Shown piece by piece: positions 19,866 to 29,959 of a stretch of 64,000 bases of DNA (position 1 is the stretch's first letter; the number at the start of each line of letters is the position of its first letter). The notes below the pieces were generated by a model that saw only the letters and a program-made list of their open reading frames with translations, was not told the origin of the DNA and did no database searches. Source of the DNA: Alphaproteobacteria bacterium (lineage in GTDB: Bacteria > Pseudomonadota > Alphaproteobacteria > GCA-2731375); NCBI GenBank assembly GCA_965232515.1, contig CBDDPY010000002.1, positions 4,224,001-4,288,000 of the forward strand. Direction: 5' to 3'. The position numbers were made by a program, and so were the translations under genes.

Positions 19866-20392
19866 TGCGTTACCTCACATGGCAGCCGCTCGCCGCGTCG
19901 CCATCTCCACGGCTCGATAAAACGTCCCTTCCAAATACCCCTTTTTGCCTTTCGCGCCCGATCCTGCACAAACAGGTAGTCGGCGCGCAATTCGTCCGGC
20001 AGATAGCGCTCGTAGACGAGGGCGTAACCCTGATCGACCATGTACTTGTTCATATCGACGCCCATCAGAAAGGGCGTTACGACAGGCCGGCCGTAGCGGT
20101 CGATTGACCAGATCTTGAGCTTCAACTCCCGGTACTTGGTATCGCTGCCGGCTGGCTTGCGCAGCATGGCATCAAACACGGCCTTTGCCGCCAAGCCGCA
20201 ATCGTAGCAAGTGCCGTCGGCCTTCTCGCACAACTGCCCTTTCTCGGGCGCGTCGATGCCTTGTGAGCGCAGATGCAGGACAAGGGTATCGCCGTCATCG
20301 ACGCCACGCGGGACGGCTTCAAGGGTGAGTGGTTCGGCATATGCTGTGGCAGCGGCAAGAGCGCAAATGGCGATGATGATCAAGGATTTCAT
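19862..20392 (-). CDS. Secreted thermonuclease (SNase family)
   Basis: GGAGG RBS, signal peptide, DGDT, GIDAPE, DRYGR, GIW.G.F..PW.WRR. Confidence 0.9.
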   Translation of the reverse strand: MKSLIIIAICALAAATAYAEPLTLEAVPRGVDDGDTLVLHLRSQGIDAPEKGQLCEKADGTCYDCGLAAKAVFDAMLRKPAGSDTKYRELKLKIWSIDRYGRPVVTPFLMGVDMNKYMVDQGYALVYERYLPDELRADYLFVQDRARKAKRGIWKGRFIEPWRWRRGERLPCEVTQ

Positions 20393-20447
20393 GATGACCC
20401 CTCCAGTACCCGAAGGTTGCATCAGAGGACGTCAAATCACCACCGCA

Positions 20448-20684
20448 TCACTGTGCGATCATCTCTCGACGCCCACGAAAAGACGTGAACAGCCGACAGC
20501 CGATCCCGCCACACTTCCGGCATTCAACTGAATTAGCCAGCTCGTAGAGCGGGATGTTCCGGCTGAACTGCTGTATCAGCTCGTCACTGTCGAAATCGCT
20601 TATCCGCCCGCACCGTGGGCACTTGCCGTGGATTCGAAAGTCTTCGATGTACTCGCCCAGCGTCGCGATCACTGTGCCCGTCAT
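20448..20684 (-). CDS. Small zinc-ribbon protein
   Basis: CPRCG and CRKCG; adjacent to the SRAP gene. Confidence 0.65.
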   Translation of the reverse strand: MTGTVIATLGEYIEDFRIHGKCPRCGRISDFDSDELIQQFSRNIPLYELANSVECRKCGGIGCRLFTSFRGRREMIAQ

Positions 20685-20739
20685 ACCCGTCTCCCATGTT
20701 CTTGTTATGTTCAGATATTGAGAATGGGCGGCGGGAGAG

Positions 20740-21200
20740 TCAAGAAAGCTCCTTCACGACAATCTCACCATCGTATGGGCGTAGCAAATTCTTGCGGGGC
20801 TCGGTCAGCCAGGCGCCGTATTCGTCCGGCAGCAGGATCGCTGGCATGCGGTCGTGGTAATCGGCCACAACCTCGTTAGGCGGCCCGACGACCATTGAGC
20901 AGGCTAGCGACGGTTCGTCGCCTTCGCCCTTATAGAATTTCCAGACACCAGCAATCCCATACGGCTCGCCGTCGGGCATCGAGAACGCGAACTTCTTCTT
21001 GCCGCCCTTTGGGCCTATCCATTCGACGAAATGGGCTGCCGGCAGGATGCACCGACGCTCGGCGAACGCTTTCCGCCACATCGGTTTCTCATTGATGGTC
21101 TCGGCGCGGACATTGTTGATCGGCCGCTTTGTGAACTGGCGCTCGAACCCCCAACGCATCTCGGAGACGCTTCGCTCGCTGTCCATCTTGTGGACGGCGG
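20740..21200 (-). pseudogene. SOS response-associated peptidase (SRAP/YedK), N-terminally truncated
   Basis: MRWG, NVRAET, RRCILPA..FVEW and HDRMPAIL present; N-terminal MCGR with the catalytic Cys2 not found. Confidence 0.75.
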
Positions 21201-21343
21201 ATGGCTTCGACGTTTGTTGTGTTGTTGTACAAATTGCACGTCGATACATCTTAGCTGGAGCAGCAAGGCGATGCACAAAGCTGGAGGTACGGCGCCTTAT
21301 CAGTTTCGATGGAAGGGCGCTTACTTGATGGAAAGGGGGGCCC

Positions 21344-22396
21344 ATGGATTACAGAGTTGAGGCATATCAATTCTTCTCAAGACGTTCCATCAACCTCGAA
21401 CCCATCGGGGAATTTCAGGCCAGCTCCGTCAAGCGGCCTGACATAAAATTTCATCTTACTTTCGAATTCGCAGACAAGAGCTTCGATCTAAACTTCGCAC
21501 AATGGTTTCCCGGGCGCCCCACGATTGGCCCCCACCAAATTGTTGATCCCGTCGTTAACGACTACTTTTCAGAAAGGTGGCCCGTATGCATGCTGGCTAA
21601 AGGTACCGTCAAGTTCCCCCTCGGCGAGAGAGCATCTTCAAATGACATTCGCCGCGAACAGCTGACCTTTCTTCGCAGTCTTCTGTGGAACGGGCACAAA
21701 GGACATCCGCATATAGCTATCCCCTCGGATCAAAGAGCATCCGTCTTGAGCTATCGACGCGAGTTTTTTCACACTCAGTTGTTCGATGTATTTGGTCAGA
21801 GGCGACCTAACGATTTTGCTGGGTTTTCTCCAACCGACCTTAATGAACCGATCGGCCCAGGCTTTGCATGGCTGCCAGACGAGCGGGGAATCGACCTGAT
21901 CAACGAGTTTGTCTGGAGCCCAATCCTTCCGTTCAAAAACAGATCAACATTTGAGCAGGATATGCCAATCGTAGGCAGAGTCCTGGGCTCCCTCAGACGC
22001 TACTACAATAGCTACAGTGAGCTGCGGGATGCACGACGTCACCTTGATGCAAACGAGCTGAAGGCCTCAGTTCGCTCCTCCGCATCTGCTTTGGAAGCCT
22101 GTTTGCTTCATCTCAGGCAAGCATGGGACGGCTCCTCACCACCAAGACACCTTCCCTTTGACGAGAAAATCGAGTGCGTGCTTCGATCCATCGGAAAGCC
22201 TTCATATCGAGCCGTCGAACCCGATCTGTCGAAAACCCTTCTCTACTTGTATAGGTCTCGGAACTCGATGCACGAGGGTGATTGCTACTATGACCGCGAT
22301 GACGGAAAGCGAATTCATATAACAAAGAAATCTCAGGCAAAATGTTTCGTCGAGGCAGTCGAATCCTTTGTCATATGGGCAGATGCGATTGTTTGA
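21344..22396 (+). CDS. Hypothetical protein with C-terminal HEPN-like domain (ApeA-like layout)
   Basis: SASALEACL ... LYRSRNSMHEG; low GC. Confidence 0.65.
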   Translation: MDYRVEAYQFFSRRSINLEPIGEFQASSVKRPDIKFHLTFEFADKSFDLNFAQWFPGRPTIGPHQIVDPVVNDYFSERWPVCMLAKGTVKFPLGERASSNDIRREQLTFLRSLLWNGHKGHPHIAIPSDQRASVLSYRREFFHTQLFDVFGQRRPNDFAGFSPTDLNEPIGPGFAWLPDERGIDLINEFVWSPILPFKNRSTFEQDMPIVGRVLGSLRRYYNSYSELRDARRHLDANELKASVRSSASALEACLLHLRQAWDGSSPPRHLPFDEKIECVLRSIGKPSYRAVEPDLSKTLLYLYRSRNSMHEGDCYYDRDDGKRIHITKKSQAKCFVEAVESFVIWADAIV

Positions 22397-23073
22397 GTTC
22401 GCCGCGAGCAGCCATCTATTGCAAACGTGAATTCGCCCGAATTGGCGCTGCAATTGTTCGTCATGATCAATCAGTTTCCCAAAGTTCCTCAGCCCACTCC
22501 GGATGATCGATAAAAGGTTCCGGTTGCCCTAACGCTCAAATATCCGATCGTTTCTCCGCCGCTCTCAGTCGCTCACTGGGTCCTATTTGTGCCAAGCCAA
22601 CAGCGAGCAGAGATCACCTAGACGAGGCGACTTTTCCGTCTAAGTGCTTCTGGTAGTGACTGCCACCGAATGCCGTGGCGAGAGCGTACCACTTGCAGGC
22701 CTCCGGATAATCGAACGAACGTAGCGCTTCAGCGCCGCGCGCCAAATAGGCATCCGCATCTTGCCGTGCGGCGGTTAGCTGGTCCCGAGCGCTGGTCGAA
22801 TCGGCGATAGAAATCGCGAGTGCGATGGCTGGAGCAAAAAATCCACTGTCTCAAGGTCATGCCCTCAACTTCCAGGACGGAGATGGCAAGCTTAGTGGAT
22901 AGGCCCGGCTGAGGTTGTGATCCGAAGCACTTCGGTCGCTTCGGCAGTCCTTAGTCAGGCAGTCTGGCCATCTTGGTTCCCTATCTCCAAAATTTTCTAG
23001 CCAAATAGTGGCCTGCAAGCGAGCCCCTATGACATGTCTTCGGGTTGAACACTGATGGCAAAGGGGACAGCTC

Positions 23074-24252
23074 TCAACCGCTGATCATGGATTTTCGAGC
23101 AAGAACTGAACAAGCCGCGATGATCGATATCAGAATGACGATAGATGGAGGCTCGTCTATTGGCCGTGGGCGCGGCCGCCTTAGTTCGGCGTCGCCAAGA
23201 TGCGCAATCCAAGCCTCAATTCGACCATCTGGGTTCCTGCCGTCGCCGACTATCGTTTTTCCATCGTCGGAGATGGCGGTAGCATCAGACAGTCGCCAGC
23301 CAGACAAATCAAGTCCGAGATCGTTTTCGAGCACGCTTTTCAGGTTCAGAAGTCCGGTTCTTTGGCTCCAGACAAATGCTTTGCTTGTTTGTCGCCCAAC
23401 TACAATTGAGCCGTCGGACGATGCATCAAAAGCTACACCGACACCCTCATCCGGACCTAGGCCGATACTGGTAAATCCGGAGCTTTCCTCCCAGGTAAAC
23501 GGCTCGAATATGTCGGCAAGAGTAGTACGCCCACCGCCCACGATGACCTGGCCGTCAGCGGATATCCCGAGCGCCTGACTGTGAAACTGTCCGCCTGGTA
23601 AGTCGCCAATGCCGGTCATCCCGGTTGGCTCTGTCCACCGAAATGCTTCTCGACCGGAGGCCGATGTTGCAGATCCAACTACGATAGAGCCGTCAGCAGA
23701 TACGCTGGCCGTTCCGCTTATGAAATCTCCGCCATCCAAGTCGCCAAGGCCTACCATTCCCGACTGTTCGGTCCATCGAAATGCTTCAAAACCTCTCGCA
23801 GAAAAACTGCTTCCAACTACGACACTACCATCCGCCGAAATATCCGAGCCGCTGCTGCTGAACTGACTTCCCGGCAGACTACCCAATCCTTCAACTCCAG
23901 ACTGCTGGGACCAGCGGATAGCCTCGGCTCCAACTGAGCGGATTTGTCTTGTGCCCACGACAAATGAGCCGTCGGCCGATGCGCCCCTTGCGTTGCTAGA
24001 TATCAGGTCCGGAGTGTTGTCGACGATTTCCGTTATTCCCTCCGCGACGGTCCACTTGAATGCTCGAATGCCCGCATCCGATTTGCTGTTCCCAACGGCC
24101 ACCAAGCCATTTGCCGAAATGCCACCAATCCGGCTTTCAAACTCTCCGCCAGGAAGATCACCCAGTCCCATGAAAAATGGCGCGGCAACTGCTCCGCACT
24201 CGATGTAAGCAGTAAGCGCACCGACCAGCAAAACTGTTCTCAACTGACACAT
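23074..24252 (-). CDS. Secreted HAF-type repeat protein with PEP-CTERM-like C-terminus
   Basis: Repeats GLGDLPGG.F.S.A..SADG.VVVG..AFRW; tail IDEPPS + TM + RK. Confidence 0.8.
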   Translation of the reverse strand: MCQLRTVLLVGALTAYIECGAVAAPFFMGLGDLPGGEFESRIGGISANGLVAVGNSKSDAGIRAFKWTVAEGITEIVDNTPDLISSNARGASADGSFVVGTRQIRSVGAEAIRWSQQSGVEGLGSLPGSQFSSSGSDISADGSVVVGSSFSARGFEAFRWTEQSGMVGLGDLDGGDFISGTASVSADGSIVVGSATSASGREAFRWTEPTGMTGIGDLPGGQFHSQALGISADGQVIVGGGRTTLADIFEPFTWEESSGFTSIGLGPDEGVGVAFDASSDGSIVVGRQTSKAFVWSQRTGLLNLKSVLENDLGLDLSGWRLSDATAISDDGKTIVGDGRNPDGRIEAWIAHLGDAELRRPRPRPIDEPPSIVILISIIAACSVLARKSMISG

Positions 24253-24520
24253 GACCCCAAAACACTCCCACCGCAAAACGCGTTAACCGACAAGCGATTA
24301 GACCGAAACTCCATTGAGCCATTGCACCATTTTGGTGTGGAAGTGGCAATGGGTTCTCGCGCAACCCAAAACTGCGGAACGAGCAATTTCGCAGATTGGC
24401 GTCCGCTCAGGGACTGTTTGGACGTGGTACCGACATGCCTCTGTTTGGACACCAGAAGGTCGCCGACGAGGACCCAAATTTGCGATGAGAATTGAGCCGG
24501 CAGCTTACATTAAGGAAGTT

Positions 24521-26260
24521 ATGAGAGTCCGACAGCCGGTTTCAGTATATGAGCGCAATCCCTTTGTTGGGCCCAACGAATTGACGTTGGCAGACGTTGC
24601 CCGATGCCTCAAAGACGACCTGCAGATCCCGCCGGCACTTCGCAATGAGATTGCCACCTCAATCGATGCTCTCGCTGCTGCCCTGGAGGTCGCACCGTCA
24701 ATGGTGCCGGCGCGTGGACCGGACATCAAACATGCTCACAATCGCCTATGTCGTATGCCCGATGCTGAGAGCGAGAACGCCGCCATGCGGCACCATCGCA
24801 ATGCTTTGGTTGCCTGCCGTCTTCTAGGTATCGATCTGTCTAACAGGGCGTTTGCAAATTACCTAAGTGCTGATTGGCTGGATCTATGGCGTCAGTTGTC
24901 CGAAAGGCACGATCAGATCGTGCTGACACGCCTCATCCAGTTCTGTAGTGCCAACGAAATCAAGCCAACGCAAGTCAACGATGAAACGGTGAGAACCGTC
25001 AGGGCGGCATGCTTGGTCGGCGCGTTCGGCCAAGAATCCTGTACGCTCGCGAAACGAATCGAAAATGTCTGGAACAGACAGGTCGACGCGAACTCAAGCT
25101 GGCCGCGCCAGCGACTTACCCCACCGGAACGAGGATGGCGGGGAACAGCACTGCCGTTCGATGCCTTTCCTGAACAGTACCGCGAGTCCGTTGCGGCCTA
25201 CCTTTACTGGATCAGTGATCGCGACCCATTGCTCGAGAACCCGCCGCCTCGAATATGCGGACCGGCGACGGTGCGACATCAGCGAACGATGCTGAGACTG
25301 GCGGCGTCAGCATTGGTGAATTCCGGCTGGGCCGCAGCCGACATTAAGACGCTCTCGCATCTCGTCGAACCCGCTTCATTTCGGGCCATCCTTCGGTTCT
25401 ATCTGGCGCGCAATGGCGGCGAGCCGTCGGTCTTCGTCCGTGGTTTGTCGAGACTGCTCTACAACATCGCGCGCCACTGGGTGCGGGCGGACCGGGCGCA
25501 GTTGGATCTCCTTTGGCGGTTGGTGGAACGGCTGGGGCGGGATGACAGGGGACTGTCGATCCGCAACAGAGCGGTGCTGCGAGCATTTGACGATCCGGCC
25601 GAACGGCAAAAACTATTGAGTCTGCCGCAATGCATCGTTGTGTCAGCAAAACGTCGCCGACTGTGCTCGCACCGACGCGCGGTACGGGTGCAGGTCGCTC
25701 TGGCCCTGGAGCTGCTTCTTATGGCGCCAATGCGTATTGGGCAATTGATCCAACTTCAGATCGACAAGCACTTGCGGCTCGCTGAGCAGGGGCAGGATTT
25801 GGCAAAGATCGTCGTGCCGGACAGCGAACGAATCCTCGGCGATCCTCTCGAATACGAGCTGCCGCGGGAATCTGTCCGACTTCTGAGAACGTATCTGCAT
25901 GAACATCGCCCCCATCTCGCTATTCAGGGCGGGCAGTGGCTATTTCCATCGACGAGCGGCGCGCGGAAGGGGGCTACGCATTTGTCGTGCCAGATCCGAC
26001 AAGCCGCCCGCGACCATGTTGGGATTGATTTGGCGCCCAAACACCTCCGGCATTTCGCCGCCAAATTGGTGCTCGAAGCAGATCCGTATAGCCTGGAAAC
26101 AGTGAGGCGGCTTCTCGGGCATAGCACCGTGAGCCTCACCAAGTCGCTTTACGAAGATCTTGCCGCGCCAGCGAGCGCGCTTATGCATGACGAAATTGTC
26201 GCCGCGGGGCTGCGGTCGACAACAGGGGCCCAGAGCCGGCCGCGCCGGAACTGCCAGTGA
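24521..26260 (+). CDS. Large tyrosine recombinase family protein
   Basis: APMRIGQL, KHLRH, LLGH, SLY; AAGGA RBS before 24521. Confidence 0.8.
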   Translation: MRVRQPVSVYERNPFVGPNELTLADVARCLKDDLQIPPALRNEIATSIDALAAALEVAPSMVPARGPDIKHAHNRLCRMPDAESENAAMRHHRNALVACRLLGIDLSNRAFANYLSADWLDLWRQLSERHDQIVLTRLIQFCSANEIKPTQVNDETVRTVRAACLVGAFGQESCTLAKRIENVWNRQVDANSSWPRQRLTPPERGWRGTALPFDAFPEQYRESVAAYLYWISDRDPLLENPPPRICGPATVRHQRTMLRLAASALVNSGWAAADIKTLSHLVEPASFRAILRFYLARNGGEPSVFVRGLSRLLYNIARHWVRADRAQLDLLWRLVERLGRDDRGLSIRNRAVLRAFDDPAERQKLLSLPQCIVVSAKRRRLCSHRRAVRVQVALALELLLMAPMRIGQLIQLQIDKHLRLAEQGQDLAKIVVPDSERILGDPLEYELPRESVRLLRTYLHEHRPHLAIQGGQWLFPSTSGARKGATHLSCQIRQAARDHVGIDLAPKHLRHFAAKLVLEADPYSLETVRRLLGHSTVSLTKSLYEDLAAPASALMHDEIVAAGLRSTTGAQSRPRRNCQ

Positions 26261-27279
26261 ATGATTTGCCACGTCAGGATCGGGAAGCGTGGCACCGCGC
26301 ACTTACGCCCGGTGACATTCTTGCCGGCGAGGGGCTGGCGGCGCACTGGTCGGACAGCACTCGAGAATCGATCATGGTCGCCTACAAGCGTTGGCTTGGA
26401 TATCTGAACAAGATGGATCCGACGGCAATGGCTGAGCGACCGGGCGACAGGATCACGCCCTCCCGTGTGCAAGGTTACGTCAGGCAGCTTCAGCAGGAAG
26501 TATCGCTCTGCGCGCAGCGGGACTACATCGGCCATCTTTGCACAGCAACGCGGGCGCTCGCGCCGGACCTTGATCGCACATGGTTGTTGGCGATACGGCG
26601 GCGCCTTACTCAGCTATCACGCCCGACGCCGAAGCGAGATCGCCTTGTCCCAACAGAACAGCTTATCGAGCTCGGCATTTCCCTGATCGAGCGTGGCAAA
26701 TGGGCGACGACGTTGACGCCCCTGTATCGGGCGGTGCTCGTCCGGGACGGCTTGATGATCGCGCTTCTCGCGACGCGACCGATCCGCCGCAGCAACCTGG
26801 TGAACCTTCGGATCGGTCAGCACATCCTGACATCGAGCAACGGTGACTTCGACCTACTAATCCCCGCTGCGGAGACAAAGAATCGGCGTCACATCGATTG
26901 GCGGCTTCCGGAGTTGCTGACGCCACACATGCAGACGTATCTAACAGACTATCGTCCAAAGTTCCGCAATGCTGAAAATCATGAATGGTTATGGGCGTCG
27001 GCTAGGGGCGGCGGGCTCTGCGCCGCGGCAGTCAATCATCAGGTTGCGCGCCGTACGCGTGACGCGTTCGGATTCGCCATCAGCCCTCACATGTTCCGAA
27101 GCTGTGTCGCGACAACGATCGCAGAGCGAGATCCTGCAGCTACGCCCACGGCAACGCACTTGCTGGGCCATCGCAGTGCAGAAACAACCGAACGGTTTTA
27201 CAACAGGGCTGGGGCGACTTTGGTGACTCAAGCGCACCAAGCGCGCTTACTCGCGATCCGACGCAGCAGCGGTGCTTGA
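26257..27279 (+). CDS. Tyrosine recombinase family protein (second of tandem pair)
   Basis: RPIRRSNL, ETKN, HMFR, LLGH, RFY. Confidence 0.85.
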   Translation: MNDLPRQDREAWHRALTPGDILAGEGLAAHWSDSTRESIMVAYKRWLGYLNKMDPTAMAERPGDRITPSRVQGYVRQLQQEVSLCAQRDYIGHLCTATRALAPDLDRTWLLAIRRRLTQLSRPTPKRDRLVPTEQLIELGISLIERGKWATTLTPLYRAVLVRDGLMIALLATRPIRRSNLVNLRIGQHILTSSNGDFDLLIPAAETKNRRHIDWRLPELLTPHMQTYLTDYRPKFRNAENHEWLWASARGGGLCAAAVNHQVARRTRDAFGFAISPHMFRSCVATTIAERDPAATPTATHLLGHRSAETTERFYNRAGATLVTQAHQARLLAIRRSSGA

Positions 27280-27775
27280 GGTCTCCGGCTCGAGCTTTTC
27301 CGAACAGGTTTCCCGTTGCGAAAGACAGTCAGCCAGCACGGGCCTTTGCTCTGTTTTATACGCGAAACGCAGCTTGTCGCTTTGAAGCAAGAGAAGACGT
27401 TTCCGATGGACAGGCGCGGACGTCGCACGGCCGAAGATTCGACTAAGCAAGGTCGAGATTGCCCTACTGAACGATCGCAGCACATCGAACAGATCCACGG
27501 CGGAACCTCCGAAGTCTTATTGAACTGAATTGGGCAGCACGAATGGCGCCGACACTCGCTGTGGAGCGCGGCGTTCTGCGGCTGGTCGATTTAGGTGTCA
27601 GCCGTCAGCTTCAGGACGAGGCCTGAGGCAACAAGGCAACCGGAAAAGAAAACGCGCCTGACCGAATCAAGCGAGTCGCGAAGCCTAATAGGAATCGCGC
27701 ATTTGGATGTGCATCGTCAAGTGAGCTATCTGCCCGCCTGCCATGAGACCTTGATCGCAAGTTTAAAGTAACGGC

Positions 27776-28024
27776 TTAGTCAGCAAAATCCCGCAGTCGG
27801 GGGCAAACGGCCCGGCCCATGATGTTGTTGGGCGCATACCAGAAATCGACGCTGACAACCGACATACCTGTGAAGTAGGTGCATGTCAGCACGTCCTGAC
27901 CTTGACCAGATGGCTGATGCTGCTTGGAGGCTACTAACAGACCCTGAGTTGTGAGAATCAAGGTCAGCCAAGCAATCAGCCCGATCAGAGCACAAAGGCT
28001 GGCTGCCAGCCCTAACGCTCGCAT
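27776..28024 (-). CDS. YobH-like small membrane-anchored protein
   Basis: N-terminal TM, GLLVAS, CTYFTG, G...CP pattern. Confidence 0.55.
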   Translation of the reverse strand: MRALGLAASLCALIGLIAWLTLILTTQGLLVASKQHQPSGQGQDVLTCTYFTGMSVVSVDFWYAPNNIMGRAVCPRLRDFAD

Positions 28025-28250
28025 GGAAGCCGCTCACCACGCCGCCATAAACGCGGCTCGACAAATTCGCCTCGCCAAATTCCGAGGCCGTTCTCTCGGG
28101 CTTTGTCTTCCGCCACGATGTACTCGGTGCGCAGCTCATCAGGCAGGTATTGCCGGTATGCAGCGGCCCAGCCTTGGCGGATAAGCTCTAGGTGTAGATC
28201 AAGGTCATCGGCATACGCAGTGACAATCGGGCTGCCATAGCGGCCGACCG
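28012..28250 (-). pseudogene. C-terminal fragment of a second thermonuclease
   Basis: RYG.P.VT, YLPDELR..Y and WRRGERLPCE shared with 19862-20392; lacks DGDT/IDAPE. Confidence 0.75.
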
Positions 28251-28370
28251 CCGCAACGACATTGACTGTCATAATCAAAGAATCTGCCATAGCAACTTAA
28301 GATCTTCACATGTAATCTTTTTCAACCAATGATAATTATTCCTGTCCGACTTACCAGGGAGACGACGCTA

Positions 28371-29321
28371 ATGTTGATAAGGATGTCGGGCGTATTTTCG
28401 GTCATGTTGTTGGCAAGCGCGCCAGCAAGTGCGTTGACATTGGACGACTGCATTCCGCTTAACAACGATCTGAAGGCGGCCAGTCTCGAGGAACATCTTT
28501 TCGGCGGCGCACCGGATACTGGCGATTTGATTGTCCGACGTGGCTTTGTATTGGGGTACGACGAAGATAGGCGGGTGCCGGCATGGGCGGCTTGGAGGGC
28601 GATCAAGGATTATCGCGATACCCCCTCTCGTAAGAGCCGCTGGAAAACCTTTAGAACCGATGACTTGGTGTCAGATGTGACGACCGACGACTATATCGGT
28701 TGGTTCGACTCTGACGACAACTTCGCCCGCGGCCATATCGTTCCCTACTATATCTCCGGCGGCGATCGAGACCACGACGGTGAGGACGCCGAGATTGAAA
28801 GCACGCTTGCTGTCGAAGACGACCACGATGCCTGTGTGGTGTTCGAGATCAATTCAATGATCAACATCGCGCCGCAGTACCACGATAGGTTCAATGGGCA
28901 GCCGGGCGTGTGGTGGAAACTTGAAACCGACGTGAGGCAGATGATCGATGATGGTCGGTCCTTTAATGTCCTAGCGGGATCAGTGTTCAAAAACGATCAG
29001 GCTATTCAAAAAATCGGCCCCATAAACGATGACACCCAGTGGGATATCTCAGTGCCGCATGGGTATTTCAAGATCGTCGTGGATGTCGAGAATCTGTCCG
29101 CAGTTGGCTTCCTCTTTGACCACCAGGGCGATCTGGCCAAGGGCTGCGATATCGATCAGATCAACTGGCCATCGGAATGCGTCAGGCCGATCAATGACAT
29201 CGAAGAGGCAACTGGCCTTAGGTTCTTTCCCAATCTCACCAATCCCGAAAACGAGTTGCTTCGCGCGACAAGCAATAAAGGTACGTGGTTTCGTTGGCTT
29301 AAGGCTGCCGGAGTCATTTAG
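28371..29321 (+). CDS. Secreted DNA/RNA non-specific endonuclease (NucA/EndoG family)
   Basis: Signal peptide; ARGH, NIAPQ...FN..W..LE, VPHGYFKIV, IEEATGLRFF. Confidence 0.9.
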   Translation: MLIRMSGVFSVMLLASAPASALTLDDCIPLNNDLKAASLEEHLFGGAPDTGDLIVRRGFVLGYDEDRRVPAWAAWRAIKDYRDTPSRKSRWKTFRTDDLVSDVTTDDYIGWFDSDDNFARGHIVPYYISGGDRDHDGEDAEIESTLAVEDDHDACVVFEINSMINIAPQYHDRFNGQPGVWWKLETDVRQMIDDGRSFNVLAGSVFKNDQAIQKIGPINDDTQWDISVPHGYFKIVVDVENLSAVGFLFDHQGDLAKGCDIDQINWPSECVRPINDIEEATGLRFFPNLTNPENELLRATSNKGTWFRWLKAAGVI

Positions 29322-29381
29322 GTCCTGGATATTACAGGTGCCAGCCCGCTTCCGATTGGCCAGTTGAGCAAACTGCTAACG

Positions 29382-29756
29382 ATGACAAATGAACAAGAAT
29401 CTGGCGATAGGGCACGAAGGTCTCGCCATCAACGTCGTCGTGATGAAATGCTTCGGCTAGGCGTTCAAAGCGCCTTTCTGCTCAACGGCGGAGGAGCGGT
29501 TGCACTACTCGCCTATTTGGCTCAGACGGCTTCGACTTCAGATCCGCTACGGCAATTCATTGTCGTTGGCCTCATTCCGCTGGCATTCGGAGTGGCCATG
29601 GCTGGCGCGATACATTTTTTTCGGTTGTGGACCTGGGAGAAATGGGAAGAGTCAGAACGGCTCCGAAAACTCTCCGGCATGATTTATTTTTTCGGATTTC
29701 TCAGTATCGCGTGTTTCTTGGTCGGTGTTGGTATCATTGTCGTTGGAGCTCTCTAG
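29382..29756 (+). CDS. Membrane protein
   Basis: LLNGGGAVALLAYL plus further TM segments. Confidence 0.65.
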   Translation: MTNEQESGDRARRSRHQRRRDEMLRLGVQSAFLLNGGGAVALLAYLAQTASTSDPLRQFIVVGLIPLAFGVAMAGAIHFFRLWTWEKWEESERLRKLSGMIYFFGFLSIACFLVGVGIIVVGAL

Positions 29757-29959
29757 GCTTAATGCGTCAGCCTGCCTAGCCTGACGCACTAGGTGCGTTC
29801 GTCGTCCGTTCAAAATGGCCTACGGCAACAAATCGAGTGGACTTACGAGGCAATGCCCCAGGTCCGATTACCGAGGAAGATATCGAGATGCAGCGCAGCC
29901 TGGTCCGGATGCGCGAGGGCTGAGGATGTCGGCAGAACGTCGACGGACGAGCTGCGGCT

